Under the pieces are notes generated by a model. That model had not been told where the DNA came from, ran no database searches, and saw only the letters and a program-made list of their open reading frames with translations. Shown one piece after another: positions 1 to 10,894 of a stretch of 62,701 nucleotides of DNA. A program made the position numbers and the translations under genes. Each line of letters starts with the position of its first letter. The stretch's first letter is position 1. The stretch is from Anaerolineae bacterium (GTDB lineage: Bacteria > Chloroflexota > Anaerolineae > B4-G1): NCBI GenBank assembly GCA_041687115.1, contig JAWLCP010000006.1, forward strand, positions 1 through 62,701, written 5' to 3'.

Positions 1-2
1 AG

Positions 3-76
3 CGGGGCCGACGGGACTTGAACCCGCGATCTTCGGCTTGACAGGCCGATATGTTCAACCTCTACACCACGGCCCC
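3..76 (-). tRNA. tRNA-Asp (anticodon GTC)
   Basis: The reverse complement folds as a 74-nt cloverleaf. Acceptor stem GGGGCCG/CGGCCCC, D stem GTGT/ACAT, anticodon stem TCGGC/GCCGA with loop CTGTCAA (GTC), T arm GCGGG-TTCAAGT-CCCGT, discriminator G. The 3' CCA is not encoded. Confidence 0.9.
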
Positions 77-87
77 GAATGGACGAT

Positions 88-116
88 ATCTTACCACACA
101 GTCCCCCGGAAGTCAA
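88..116 (-). promoter_or_regulatory. sigma-70-like promoter of tRNA-Asp
   Basis: On the minus strand: TTGACT (111-116), 17-nt spacer, TAAGAT (88-93). It lies about 11 nt upstream of the mature tRNA 5' end. Confidence 0.55.
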
Positions 117-350
117 GTTGACGGGACACAGATGGCGCGGCTGTGCGCGCTGGATTGATCAACGCTGATTCTTTCTGTTCTTCTTTCGGCGAGAGGCAGG
201 AGGCGTGAGGGAGAGCGGGAACAAGAGGCGACGGAGACCAGGGACGACGTAGGTTATGGAAGGCCGACCTACATATGGCGAGAGTACAGGCAGGGACAGG
301 TGATCGAGGCTGGGCTCTTGGAGGCGAGAGGGCCCTCACCCCTCCCCCTG

Positions 351-387
351 CCCCTCCCCTCTCCAGGTTTCCGGGAGAGGGGAGGGG
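351..387. repeat. perfect 14-bp inverted repeat (polypyrimidine/polypurine hairpin) abutting the alaS -35 element
   Basis: CCCCTCCCCTCTCC (351-364), 9-nt loop, GGAGAGGGGAGGGG (374-387). No U tract follows on either strand. Confidence 0.6.
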
Positions 388-392
388 GGTGG

Positions 393-421
393 TTGACATG
401 GGGGCGGCTTCAAAGTAGAAT
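393..421 (+). promoter_or_regulatory. sigma-70-like promoter of alaS
   Basis: TTGACA (393-398), 17-nt spacer, TAGAAT (416-421). Confidence 0.6.
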
Positions 422-514
422 ACGACGGCCTCAGGTAGCGGATTCAGGGTCGGCAGACGAGGGCTTTTGCCTGCGGGCCTTTAGCGTGTTCAGGGAAGGG
501 GAGTGCGGAAGCGA

Positions 515-3262
<2,748 letters not shown>

Positions 3263-3356
3263 GCGAGCCGCTGCAGAGGTCAATGTCCAGGGCAAGACGT
3301 CAGAGACGACCTACTGTTCCGGCGGCGCTGCGTGCGTGCGCAGGGGGGAGGGGATT

Positions 3357-4955
3357 GTGAGCGGCGGCGAGATGGGCTCCGGCAGGAGGGGCTCGGAGCG
3401 GCCGGCGGTCGTGCCGCTGGAGCGCCAGGACGATCGGGCCTCGCTCCGCTACCGCCTGGACGCGGTCAGCGACGGCCGGGTGGCGCTGCTCCTCCCCTGG
3501 GACATCCCCTTTCTCTCTCGCGAGCTGGACTTCGATCTGCTTCGCCGTGAGGCGCGGCGGCGCCACCTGGAGGTGGCCATCGTCTCTCCCGATCCGGAGC
3601 GGCGCGCGCTGGCGCGCGGATGTGGGTTCCCGGCGTTCCCCAGCGTGGAGGAGGCGTGCGCGGCGGGGCGCTGGAATGGACACGCGCCCCGGGAGGTGGC
3701 GCCCCCGCCGCAGCACTGGTGGGAGCAGCCCGTCGATCTGCAGCGGAAACGGACCGGGACGCGGCCCGCGTGGCTGGGGTGGATCCGGCAGAGCGTCCGC
3801 GGGGTGGCGTTCGTGGCGGCGATCGTGGTGCTCGCGGCGAGCGCGTACGCGATCGTCCCGCGCGCGGAGGTGACGCTGGTTCCCTCGGGGACGACGCTCA
3901 GCGTGACGGTGCCGGTGTCCGTGGATCCTGCGCTGGATGCGGAAGAGGAGGCCGGTGTGGGGACGGGCAGCGTGGTCCCGGCACGGCGGGTGGGGATGGA
4001 GGTGGAGGGGACCGCGGAGGTGGGGACGAGCGGTACGGCGAGCGTGACCGCCGGGCGGGCCACGGGACAGGTGCTGTTCACCGCCCTGCTGTCGCAGGAC
4101 TACGTGGTGCCATCGGGGACGATCGTGCGCACCTCCTCGACCAGCTACCCGATTCGGTTCCGCACCACAGCGGACGTGGTGGTGCCGGCGGACGGGCAGG
4201 CCACGGCGCCGATTGAGGCGCTGGACGAGCGGACGGGAAACGTGGGCGCCCTCCAGATCAACCGGGTGGAGGGCGTGGTGGGCTCCGCGGTGCGGGTGAT
4301 CAATCCGGAGCCGACCACCGGGGCGGAGCCGAAGGAGGTGGCGGTGGTGAGCCAGGCGGACTACGACCGGGTGCGGGAACGCCTGACTCAGGAGCTGCTG
4401 AACGAGGCCCACTACGAGCTTCACGGCCTGTTGGAGGAGAATGAATTTCTTCCCCGACAGTCGCTGCGGGTGGAGTCGGTGCCCAAGAAGTCGTACTCCC
4501 ACTTCATCGGCGAGGAGGCGGACACGCTAAGTCTCAACATGCGCTTGCTTGTCAGCGGGCAGGCGGTGGACGGCGGCGACGTCCAGGCGGTGGCATATCA
4601 GGCGCTGGTCCAGAAGCTGCCGCCCGGTCACCAGTTGATCGACGCCGAGTTTGAGCTGGGGAGCGTGACGGAGGAGGAGGAAGGCCCGGCCTGGTTCTCG
4701 GTCTCCGCCACCGCCCAGGGGTACGCAGCTGCGCGGGTGAACGTGGACGAGGCGGTGGAGTTGATCCGCGGGCGGCCGGTCGCGGAGGCGCGGGAGGCGC
4801 TGACCGCCGAGCTCCCCCTGGCCGAGCCGCCGCAGTTCGCGCTGTGGCCTGAGTGGCCCGATCAGCTGAATTGGCTGGAGCGGGTGCCGTTCCTTACGCT
4901 GCGCATCGACGTGAACGTGACGCCGAAGTCGTCGCTGACCGCGGACGAGTCGTGA
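3357..4955 (+). CDS. membrane-anchored protein with baseplate J (gp47)-like domain
   Basis: ORF 3336-4955. GGAGGGG RBS lies before GTG 3357. One TM helix (VAFVAAIVVLAASAYAIV). The segment AGRATGQVLFTALLSQDYVVPSGTIVRTSS...APIEALDERTGNVGALQINRVEG resembles the Baseplate_J signature. The stop overlaps the ruvX ATG. Confidence 0.5.
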   Translation: MSGGEMGSGRRGSERPAVVPLERQDDRASLRYRLDAVSDGRVALLLPWDIPFLSRELDFDLLRREARRRHLEVAIVSPDPERRALARGCGFPAFPSVEEACAAGRWNGHAPREVAPPPQHWWEQPVDLQRKRTGTRPAWLGWIRQSVRGVAFVAAIVVLAASAYAIVPRAEVTLVPSGTTLSVTVPVSVDPALDAEEEAGVGTGSVVPARRVGMEVEGTAEVGTSGTASVTAGRATGQVLFTALLSQDYVVPSGTIVRTSSTSYPIRFRTTADVVVPADGQATAPIEALDERTGNVGALQINRVEGVVGSAVRVINPEPTTGAEPKEVAVVSQADYDRVRERLTQELLNEAHYELHGLLEENEFLPRQSLRVESVPKKSYSHFIGEEADTLSLNMRLLVSGQAVDGGDVQAVAYQALVQKLPPGHQLIDAEFELGSVTEEEEGPAWFSVSATAQGYAAARVNVDEAVELIRGRPVAEAREALTAELPLAEPPQFALWPEWPDQLNWLERVPFLTLRIDVNVTPKSSLTADES

Positions 4956-5416
4956 TGCGCCTTCTGGGTCTCGACCTCGGCGAGCGGCGCATCGGCGTCG
5001 CCATCAGCGATGCGACAGGGACCATCGCGCGGCCTCTGGAGACGCTCGAGCACGTGTCCCGGAAGGCCGACTTCGCCGCCATCGCCGCGCTGGTGGAGGA
5101 GCACGACGTGGAGGCGGTGGTGGTGGGCCGGCCCCTGAGCCTGGATGGGACGGTCGGGCCCCAAGCGGCGTGCGTCGACCGCACCACAGAGGCGCTGGCC
5201 GAGCATCTGGAGGTGCCGGTGATCCCCTGGGACGAGCGGTTCTCCACAGCTGCTGCGGACGAGATCCTGCGGATGACGCGGAAGGAGAAGGCGAAGCGGC
5301 GGGCGCGGGCAGACGGAGAGATCGACGCTATCGCCGCGGCCGTGATTTTGCAGAGCTACCTGGACAGTCAGGCCGACGCGACGTTCCTGGGCCCGCGTGA
5401 ACGAAAGGAAGCGTGA
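4955..5416 (+). CDS. ruvX: Holliday junction resolvase-like protein RuvX/YqgF
   Basis: MRLLGLDLGERRIGVAISD is the typical YqgF N-terminus. ATG 4955 overlaps the upstream TGA (4953-4955). Confidence 0.9.
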   Translation: MRLLGLDLGERRIGVAISDATGTIARPLETLEHVSRKADFAAIAALVEEHDVEAVVVGRPLSLDGTVGPQAACVDRTTEALAEHLEVPVIPWDERFSTAAADEILRMTRKEKAKRRARADGEIDAIAAAVILQSYLDSQADATFLGPRERKEA

Positions 5417-6567
5417 ATTTGGACAGAATTGGCCGCGCTCTTGCGCTCTCCGTCGCCTTCGTGGCCATCTTCGGGGCGTTCGGGGGTCTGGTGTGGAACG
5501 TGGGGCACGCCACGCTGGGCGTGGGGGGCCTGTCGATCAGTCTGTGCGGATCGTCGTCGCCCGACGACGTGGTGCTGCGCGCCTATCTGGAGGCCCGCGC
5601 GGAGCAGCTGCGGAGTCCGGCGGGCAGCGACGACACGCCGTTGCCGTTCGTGGTGCAGCAGGGGGAGACGGCGGGCGGCATCGCCGAGCGGCTGGAGCGG
5701 AAGAGGCTGATCTCGGACGCGGAGCTGTTCCGGCGCTACGTGCAGTACCACCACCTCGATGCCGGGATCGAGGCCGGGGCGTTCACCCTCCGCCAGACGA
5801 TGACCATCCCCGAGATCGCGGAGGCGCTGCAGGACGGGCAGCGTCCGGAGCAGATGGTGGCGATCCCGGAGGGGCTGCGGCTGGAGCAGGTGGCCGCCGA
5901 GGTGGCGGAGCAGACCACCATCCCGGAGGACGCGCTATTGGAGCTGGTGACGACGGGCTGGCGGCAGGAGGGGTACGGGTACTCCTTCCTGGCCGAGCTG
6001 CCTCCCGCGGCCACGCTAGAGGGGTTCCTGTTCCCGGACACGTACCGCCTGCCGGAGGATCCCACCCCGTCCGACCTGGTGGAGCGCATGTTGTCCACGT
6101 TCGAGGAGCGGGTCACGACGGAGGTGCGGGGGGACGCCGCCGCGCGAGATCTCAGCCTCTACGAGCTGGTGACGCTGGCCTCGATTGTGGAGCGGGAGGC
6201 GGTGGTGGCGGAGGAACGGTCGGTCATCGCCGGCGTCTTCTGGAACCGGCTGCAGGCCGGGTGGACGCTGGAGGCGTGCCCGACGGTGCAGTACGGCATG
6301 GGGGAGCCCGGCGCGTGGTGGCCGGGGTTGTCGACCACGGATCTGGGGTTCGACTCGCTGTACAACACCTACCAGCACGGAGGACTCCCGCCCGGGCCGA
6401 TCTGCAGCCCCGGCCTGGCCTCGATCAAGGCCGCGGCGCAGCCCGCGGACACCGACTATTACTTCTTCCTCGTCGATTGCACGAAGGACGACGGCAGCCA
6501 CCTGTTCGCCGAGACCGACGCGGAGCACTACGCCAACTACGAACGGTGTGGTGGTCAGATCCCGTAG
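5413..6567 (+). CDS. mltG: endolytic murein transglycosylase MltG (YceG family)
   Basis: N-terminal TM helix. YceG motifs EAGAFTLRQTMTIPEIAEAL and YNTYQHGGLPPGPICSPG. GTGA overlap with the ruvX stop. Confidence 0.9.
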   Translation: MNLDRIGRALALSVAFVAIFGAFGGLVWNVGHATLGVGGLSISLCGSSSPDDVVLRAYLEARAEQLRSPAGSDDTPLPFVVQQGETAGGIAERLERKRLISDAELFRRYVQYHHLDAGIEAGAFTLRQTMTIPEIAEALQDGQRPEQMVAIPEGLRLEQVAAEVAEQTTIPEDALLELVTTGWRQEGYGYSFLAELPPAATLEGFLFPDTYRLPEDPTPSDLVERMLSTFEERVTTEVRGDAAARDLSLYELVTLASIVEREAVVAEERSVIAGVFWNRLQAGWTLEACPTVQYGMGEPGAWWPGLSTTDLGFDSLYNTYQHGGLPPGPICSPGLASIKAAAQPADTDYYFFLVDCTKDDGSHLFAETDAEHYANYERCGGQIP

Positions 6568-6580
6568 CCATCTGGGACGG

Positions 6581-7726
6581 ATGGGGCAGCACGTCCGCCG
6601 CGGTATGCATCGGGGGCTCCGCGCGGCGTCTCTCATCCTGTTCGTCCTTCTTCCCCTTCCTCTTCTGCGCGGTTGTAGGTTCCCCGGGTCGGTGCGCCCC
6701 ACGGTGAAGATCGGGCTGGTGGCGCCCTTTGAGGGGCAGTACCGGTACGTGGGGTACGACGTGATCTACGCGGTCAGGCTGGCGCTGGTCGAGGCGAACC
6801 AGGACGGCGGCGTGGGCGGATACGGCGTCGAGCTGGTCGCCTACGACGACGGGGGGGACCCGGCCGTAGCGCCGGAGCAGGTGGGGAAGCTGGACGTGGA
6901 CCCGGAGGTGGTGGGCGCGATCGGCCACTTCCGCGAGGCGACGACGGCGGCGGCCGTGGACGCGTACGTCGAGGCGGGGATCCCCTTCGTCGCCCCCGCC
7001 GTCTTCCTCCCGGATGCGCCGGGGGGAGAGGCGGGGATCTATCGCCTCGGTCCCACGGCGGAGCGAGTGGCTGAGGCGCTGGTGGAGCGGGCGTGGCAGC
7101 TGGCGCCGGCGGGGGAGGTTGTTCTGGTGACCCAGGGGGGGCCGCTGGGCGAGGCGGTGGAGCGGGCCGCGCGGGATCGGACGGATGGGGCGCTGCCGGT
7201 GGTGTCGCCGGAGCGGGAGGGATGGGAGGCGGACGTCCTAGAGCGGCAGCCGGCGGTGGTGATCTGCGACCTGGAGCCCGTTCGCGCCGGCGAGGCGGTG
7301 GGGGCGCTGCGGCATGCCGGGTGGTCCGGCGCTGTGCTGGGCGGCACGGCGCTGGCGGCGCCCGACTTCGCTGCGGTGGCGGGCGAGGCTGCCGTGGGGG
7401 TGGGCTTCGTGACGCCGTGGCCGCTGCCGGGGGACGTTGCGGGCGGCGAGGAGTTCGCGGCCGCCTATGGCGACGAGTCGGGGGGCACGGCGCCAGGGCC
7501 GCTGGCGCTCCCCGCTTACGAGTCGACGTGGACTCTGCTTCAGGCGCTGGAGGAGGCGGCGGTCGGCGGCGAACCGACGCGGAGCGGCGTGGGCGCGGCG
7601 CTGGCCGGGGTGGAGCGGCAGGGCGTGCTCGGCAGGCTCTCGTTCGGGGCGGGCGGGGCAGGGGCAGACGTGCGGCTCCACCGGTACCGCATCGGGCCGC
7701 AGGGGCTGCCGGTCCGGGAGGGGTAG
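6581..7726 (+). CDS. periplasmic-binding-protein type 1 (Leu/Ile/Val-binding-like) lipoprotein, no cognate transporter adjacent
   Basis: Internal ATG 6581 of ORF 6185-7726. Signal plus lipobox-like LLRGC. VKIGLVAPFEGQYRYVGYDVIYAVRLALVEANQDGGVGGYGVELVAYDDGGDP is typical of the LivJ-like family. Confidence 0.7.
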   Translation: MGQHVRRGMHRGLRAASLILFVLLPLPLLRGCRFPGSVRPTVKIGLVAPFEGQYRYVGYDVIYAVRLALVEANQDGGVGGYGVELVAYDDGGDPAVAPEQVGKLDVDPEVVGAIGHFREATTAAAVDAYVEAGIPFVAPAVFLPDAPGGEAGIYRLGPTAERVAEALVERAWQLAPAGEVVLVTQGGPLGEAVERAARDRTDGALPVVSPEREGWEADVLERQPAVVICDLEPVRAGEAVGALRHAGWSGAVLGGTALAAPDFAAVAGEAAVGVGFVTPWPLPGDVAGGEEFAAAYGDESGGTAPGPLALPAYESTWTLLQALEEAAVGGEPTRSGVGAALAGVERQGVLGRLSFGAGGAGADVRLHRYRIGPQGLPVREG

Positions 7727-7733
7727 GCCCGCG

Positions 7734-8831
7734 ATGCGGATCCTCGTGCTGGCGCCCTACTGCGGTGGCAGCCACCGGGCGTGGGCGGAGGGGTACGCGG
7801 CCCACAGCGACCACCAGGTGACGCTTCTGTCGCTGCCGGCCCGCTTCTGGAAATGGCGCATGCAGGGCGGGGCGCTCACGCTGGCGGACGAGGCGCGCGG
7901 GCTCGACGACGTGCCGGACCTGATCCTCGCCTCGGACATGGTGAATTTACCCGCCTTCCTCGGGCTCACGCGGGACTTCCTCTCTGACGTTCCCACCGCC
8001 TTCTACTGCCACGAGAATCAGCTGACGTATCCTGTGGCGCCGGGGGAGACCCGGGATCTGACGTATGGGATGATCAACTGGCTCTCGATGGTGGCTGCCA
8101 ACCGGGTCTTTTTCAACTCGCGGTACCACGTGGCGGACTGGTTTGAGGCGCTGCCGAACATGCTGAAGCACTTCCCCGACTATACGCACCTCCACCGGGT
8201 GGACGAGGTGCAGGCCAAGTCGGCGGTGCTGCCGGTAGGGGTCGATCTGCTCCGCCTCGACCGCGGGCCGCGGCACGAGCGTGGGGGCGAGCCGCCAGTG
8301 ATCGTGTGGAACCAGCGCTGGGAGTACGACAAGGACCCGGAGACGTTCTTCCGCGCTCTGTACGCGCTGATGGAGCAGGGGGTGGGCTTCCGCGTCGTCC
8401 TGTCGGGGCGCAGCTACCGGCAGACCGCGCCGGAGTTCGAGGCCGCACGGGCGCGGCTGGGCGAGCGGGTGGTCCACTTTGGCTACGCCGAGGATGAGGC
8501 GTACCGGAGGCTGCTCCGGCGCTCGGACGTGGTGGTCAGCACCGCCATCCACGAGTTCTTCGGCGTGGCCGTGGTGGAGGCGATCTACAGCGGTTGTTTT
8601 CCGGTCCTTCCGGATCGGCTCTCGTATCCGGAGCTGATTCTACAGAGGCATCACGGCACCTGTTTGTACCGCGATTTCGAGGGACTGGTGGGTCTGCTGC
8701 GCCGGGCGCTCGAAAACCGGGAGGGTGCCCGGCGGGTGGCGGCGGAGCTCCGATCGACCGTGGCGCGTTTCGACTGGACGGCCATGGCTCCGCAGTACGA
8801 TCGGCTGTTCTGCCGGATGGCAGACCGGTAG
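7734..8831 (+). CDS. DUF3524-type GT4 glycosyltransferase (GTDC1/QTMAN homolog family)
   Basis: Internal ATG 7734 of ORF 7437-8831. MRILVLAPYCGGSHRAWAEGY...LPARFWKWRMQGGAL matches the DUF3524 N-terminal pattern. The C-terminal half is GT1-like (EFFGVAVVEAIYSGCFPVLPDRLSYPE). Confidence 0.65.
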   Translation: MRILVLAPYCGGSHRAWAEGYAAHSDHQVTLLSLPARFWKWRMQGGALTLADEARGLDDVPDLILASDMVNLPAFLGLTRDFLSDVPTAFYCHENQLTYPVAPGETRDLTYGMINWLSMVAANRVFFNSRYHVADWFEALPNMLKHFPDYTHLHRVDEVQAKSAVLPVGVDLLRLDRGPRHERGGEPPVIVWNQRWEYDKDPETFFRALYALMEQGVGFRVVLSGRSYRQTAPEFEAARARLGERVVHFGYAEDEAYRRLLRRSDVVVSTAIHEFFGVAVVEAIYSGCFPVLPDRLSYPELILQRHHGTCLYRDFEGLVGLLRRALENREGARRVAAELRSTVARFDWTAMAPQYDRLFCRMADR

Positions 8832-8897
8832 GGCCGGGCGAGGGTGCGCCTGGGCCGGGTGGCGGAGGCGGCGGACGACGGGGCGGGAGAGCGTCGG

Positions 8898-10493
8898 CTA
8901 GTAGGCGGTGACGAAGAAGGTCTGGACGGTGAGGGTGGAGTGGCTGTTGACGACGATGACGTCGATGACGATCCTCTCCTTGGGATTGGCGGGGCGGACC
9001 TGGAAGCTCAGCTGGGAGAACCCGTGGGGGTCCGTGAGAGACATCATGAGCACGTCCTGGCGGTCCGGGTAGCGGATGACAGCGGTGGGGGCTGCCCCCT
9101 CGACTGGCCTTTCCCGCTGGTCCTGGACGTAGAGGTAGAGGGTCTGGGTCGTGAGGCTCTCGGCGACCGGGTGGCGAACCGACGCCGTGGCTTTGAGCTG
9201 GGTCAACGATGGCGGGGGCGTGACGTCGTCCTCCGAGCCGGCGCCAGGCTTGTGTCTGCTGGGGGGGAGTGGCCGGTCGTAGTCGCCCGGGATCCCGATC
9301 CGTTCGACGTAGATCTCGCCCAGGTTGGCCAACTTGATGCCGTAATGGGACTGCTCGGCGGGGTCCCAGACCAGCCGGGCCCGCTGGAAGTACTGGACAA
9401 TCTCCCCGTCCTCGAAGGTCATCTCGGAACGAGGGTAGCCGAGCATGGTCACGCCACCGTTCTCGCGGAAGAACTGGAGGAACTGGTGTTCAACCGTGTG
9501 GCCGGTCTCCGGGAAGTAGCGTCGGGTCTCATCGTCTGAGGACGGAATGCGGTCCGGTCGGATGGGCGGGAAGGTGTATCCCAGCTCGTCGGCGAGGAGT
9601 CCGAGCTGAACTTCGCCGTCGGTGCCCGCCTCCGGATGCCACTCCATTCTGGCGCGCTGGAAGTACTGGACCCGCATGTGCCCGCGGGTGGGGTCAGCAA
9701 ACGCCTCGGTGAGGGGGTAGCCGAAGACCCTGAGGCCGTCGTGAGCCTCGAAGAAGTCGAGGAAGTCATCGCAGACGTAGTGCTGAGTCTCCTCGAAGTA
9801 GCGGCAATGAGACGAGGCGGCGACGGTGGCCAGAGCGTCAGCGCTTTCCCGCGAAGGGACAGCTTCCTGATCGCAGCCCGGGGGAGGGCCGAAACGGTCG
9901 AGGTACTCCTCACCCAGGTTGGTCAGCTCGATGAGAGAATCTCGCGGGCTCTCGGGGTGCCACTCCATCTTCGCACGCTGGAAGTACTGAACGACGCGCC
10001 CAGCCTCGTGCATGAACTCGGAGCGGGGATAGCCGAAGATGTCGATGCCTCCGTGCTCGCGGAAGTAGTCGAGAAAGGCGTAGGAGACGGTGTGCCGGGT
10101 CTCCGGGAAGTAGTGGTGAAGGGGGGTGTTGGAACGGGGGACCTTCTCCTCAGGAACGGGCGGGAATATGTAGTCGAGCTCGTCGGCGAGGAGTCCCAGC
10201 TGCACGCGATAGGCGGGAGGGGCGTCGGGGTGCAGCTCGAACCGGGCGCGCTGGAAGTACTGGATCCTCAGGTTCCCATGGGTGGGGTCCTGGCACGACG
10301 GGCTCAACGGGTAGCCGAAGATCTCCAGGCCACCACGGCTCTCGAAGAACTCGAGAAAAGAGCCACAGACGTACTGCTCCGTCTCCGGGAAGTACCGGCA
10401 CGCCTCATCCGAGCCCTGGGCCCATCCAGCGGGTCCAGTGACGAAGATGAGGCTAAGGACCAGGAGCAGCAGAGGTAACCGATGTGTCATCAT
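8898..10493 (-). CDS. secreted protein with four ~100-aa internal repeats arranged (A-B)x2 plus a C-terminal beta-rich domain
   Basis: Signal peptide MMTHRLPLLLLVLSLIFVTGPAGWAQG. Four copies of YF[PE]ET..[HY][TV]...F[LD].[FY]F....G....[FL]GYP ... QYFQRA[RK].E[WL][HD]P. I recognise no named family with confidence. Confidence 0.75.
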   Translation of the reverse strand: MMTHRLPLLLLVLSLIFVTGPAGWAQGSDEACRYFPETEQYVCGSFLEFFESRGGLEIFGYPLSPSCQDPTHGNLRIQYFQRARFELHPDAPPAYRVQLGLLADELDYIFPPVPEEKVPRSNTPLHHYFPETRHTVSYAFLDYFREHGGIDIFGYPRSEFMHEAGRVVQYFQRAKMEWHPESPRDSLIELTNLGEEYLDRFGPPPGCDQEAVPSRESADALATVAASSHCRYFEETQHYVCDDFLDFFEAHDGLRVFGYPLTEAFADPTRGHMRVQYFQRARMEWHPEAGTDGEVQLGLLADELGYTFPPIRPDRIPSSDDETRRYFPETGHTVEHQFLQFFRENGGVTMLGYPRSEMTFEDGEIVQYFQRARLVWDPAEQSHYGIKLANLGEIYVERIGIPGDYDRPLPPSRHKPGAGSEDDVTPPPSLTQLKATASVRHPVAESLTTQTLYLYVQDQRERPVEGAAPTAVIRYPDRQDVLMMSLTDPHGFSQLSFQVRPANPKERIVIDVIVVNSHSTLTVQTFFVTAY

Positions 10494-10894
10494 TGTCCCT
10501 CAAACTAGCCAAGGACGGGGTCCAGTGTGCCAGGTTACCCACCAGACCAAAGCCTGGGTGAAGAGCCATCCCGTTTCCAGCGGTGCGGACGAAGGGAGGA
10601 CCTCGTCCGCAGGACTTTGTCTACCACCTATTGTACAACAAGTCGCGACAGATCACAAGAGGCAAAATGGCCGTTTCAGGCGTTTCGATGGAGATTCGTC
10701 CACTACTGGCGGCCTGGGCAATGACACGGCGGCAGACTTGCCGGAGTGCGCAGGTTGAGTACAATTAGTGAGTGGCGACAGGGGCCGCACCTCGTCACGT
10801 CGAATGCTCAACGGTTTCTTCTCAGCGCTGTGGCTGACTGCTCTAGCGAACCGCAGGTCGGGTGAGGATGGAGAGAGGGCAAGGGTAGGCTGCT

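Noticed and set aside
1-120. tRNA-Asp as an integration hotspot with an adjacent mobile element
   Set aside because: No integrase, direct repeat of the tRNA 3' end or compositional shift is visible downstream. The next gene is alaS with its own promoter.
422-514. Possible T-box or other leader upstream of alaS
   Set aside because: The leader is only about 90 nt, has no T-box consensus (no GGUGGUACCGCG), and has no terminator.
3357-4955. Baseplate J-like gene as a prophage or tailocin remnant
   Set aside because: There are no tail, sheath, tube, portal, integrase or lysis genes anywhere nearby. The gene is embedded in and coupled to housekeeping genes.
6774-7814. 346-aa Pro/Arg/Ala-rich ORF on the minus strand
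   Set aside because: It is antisense to the LivJ-like binding-protein gene. It is extremely low-complexity (PPPRPAAP...), which is a GC-rich frame artefact.
10585-10610. 8-bp hairpin (GCGGACGA/TCGTCCGC) in the divergent region between the repeat-protein gene and dnaG
   Set aside because: No U tract follows on either strand, and it lies between divergent starts. There is not enough evidence for a terminator or a riboswitch.
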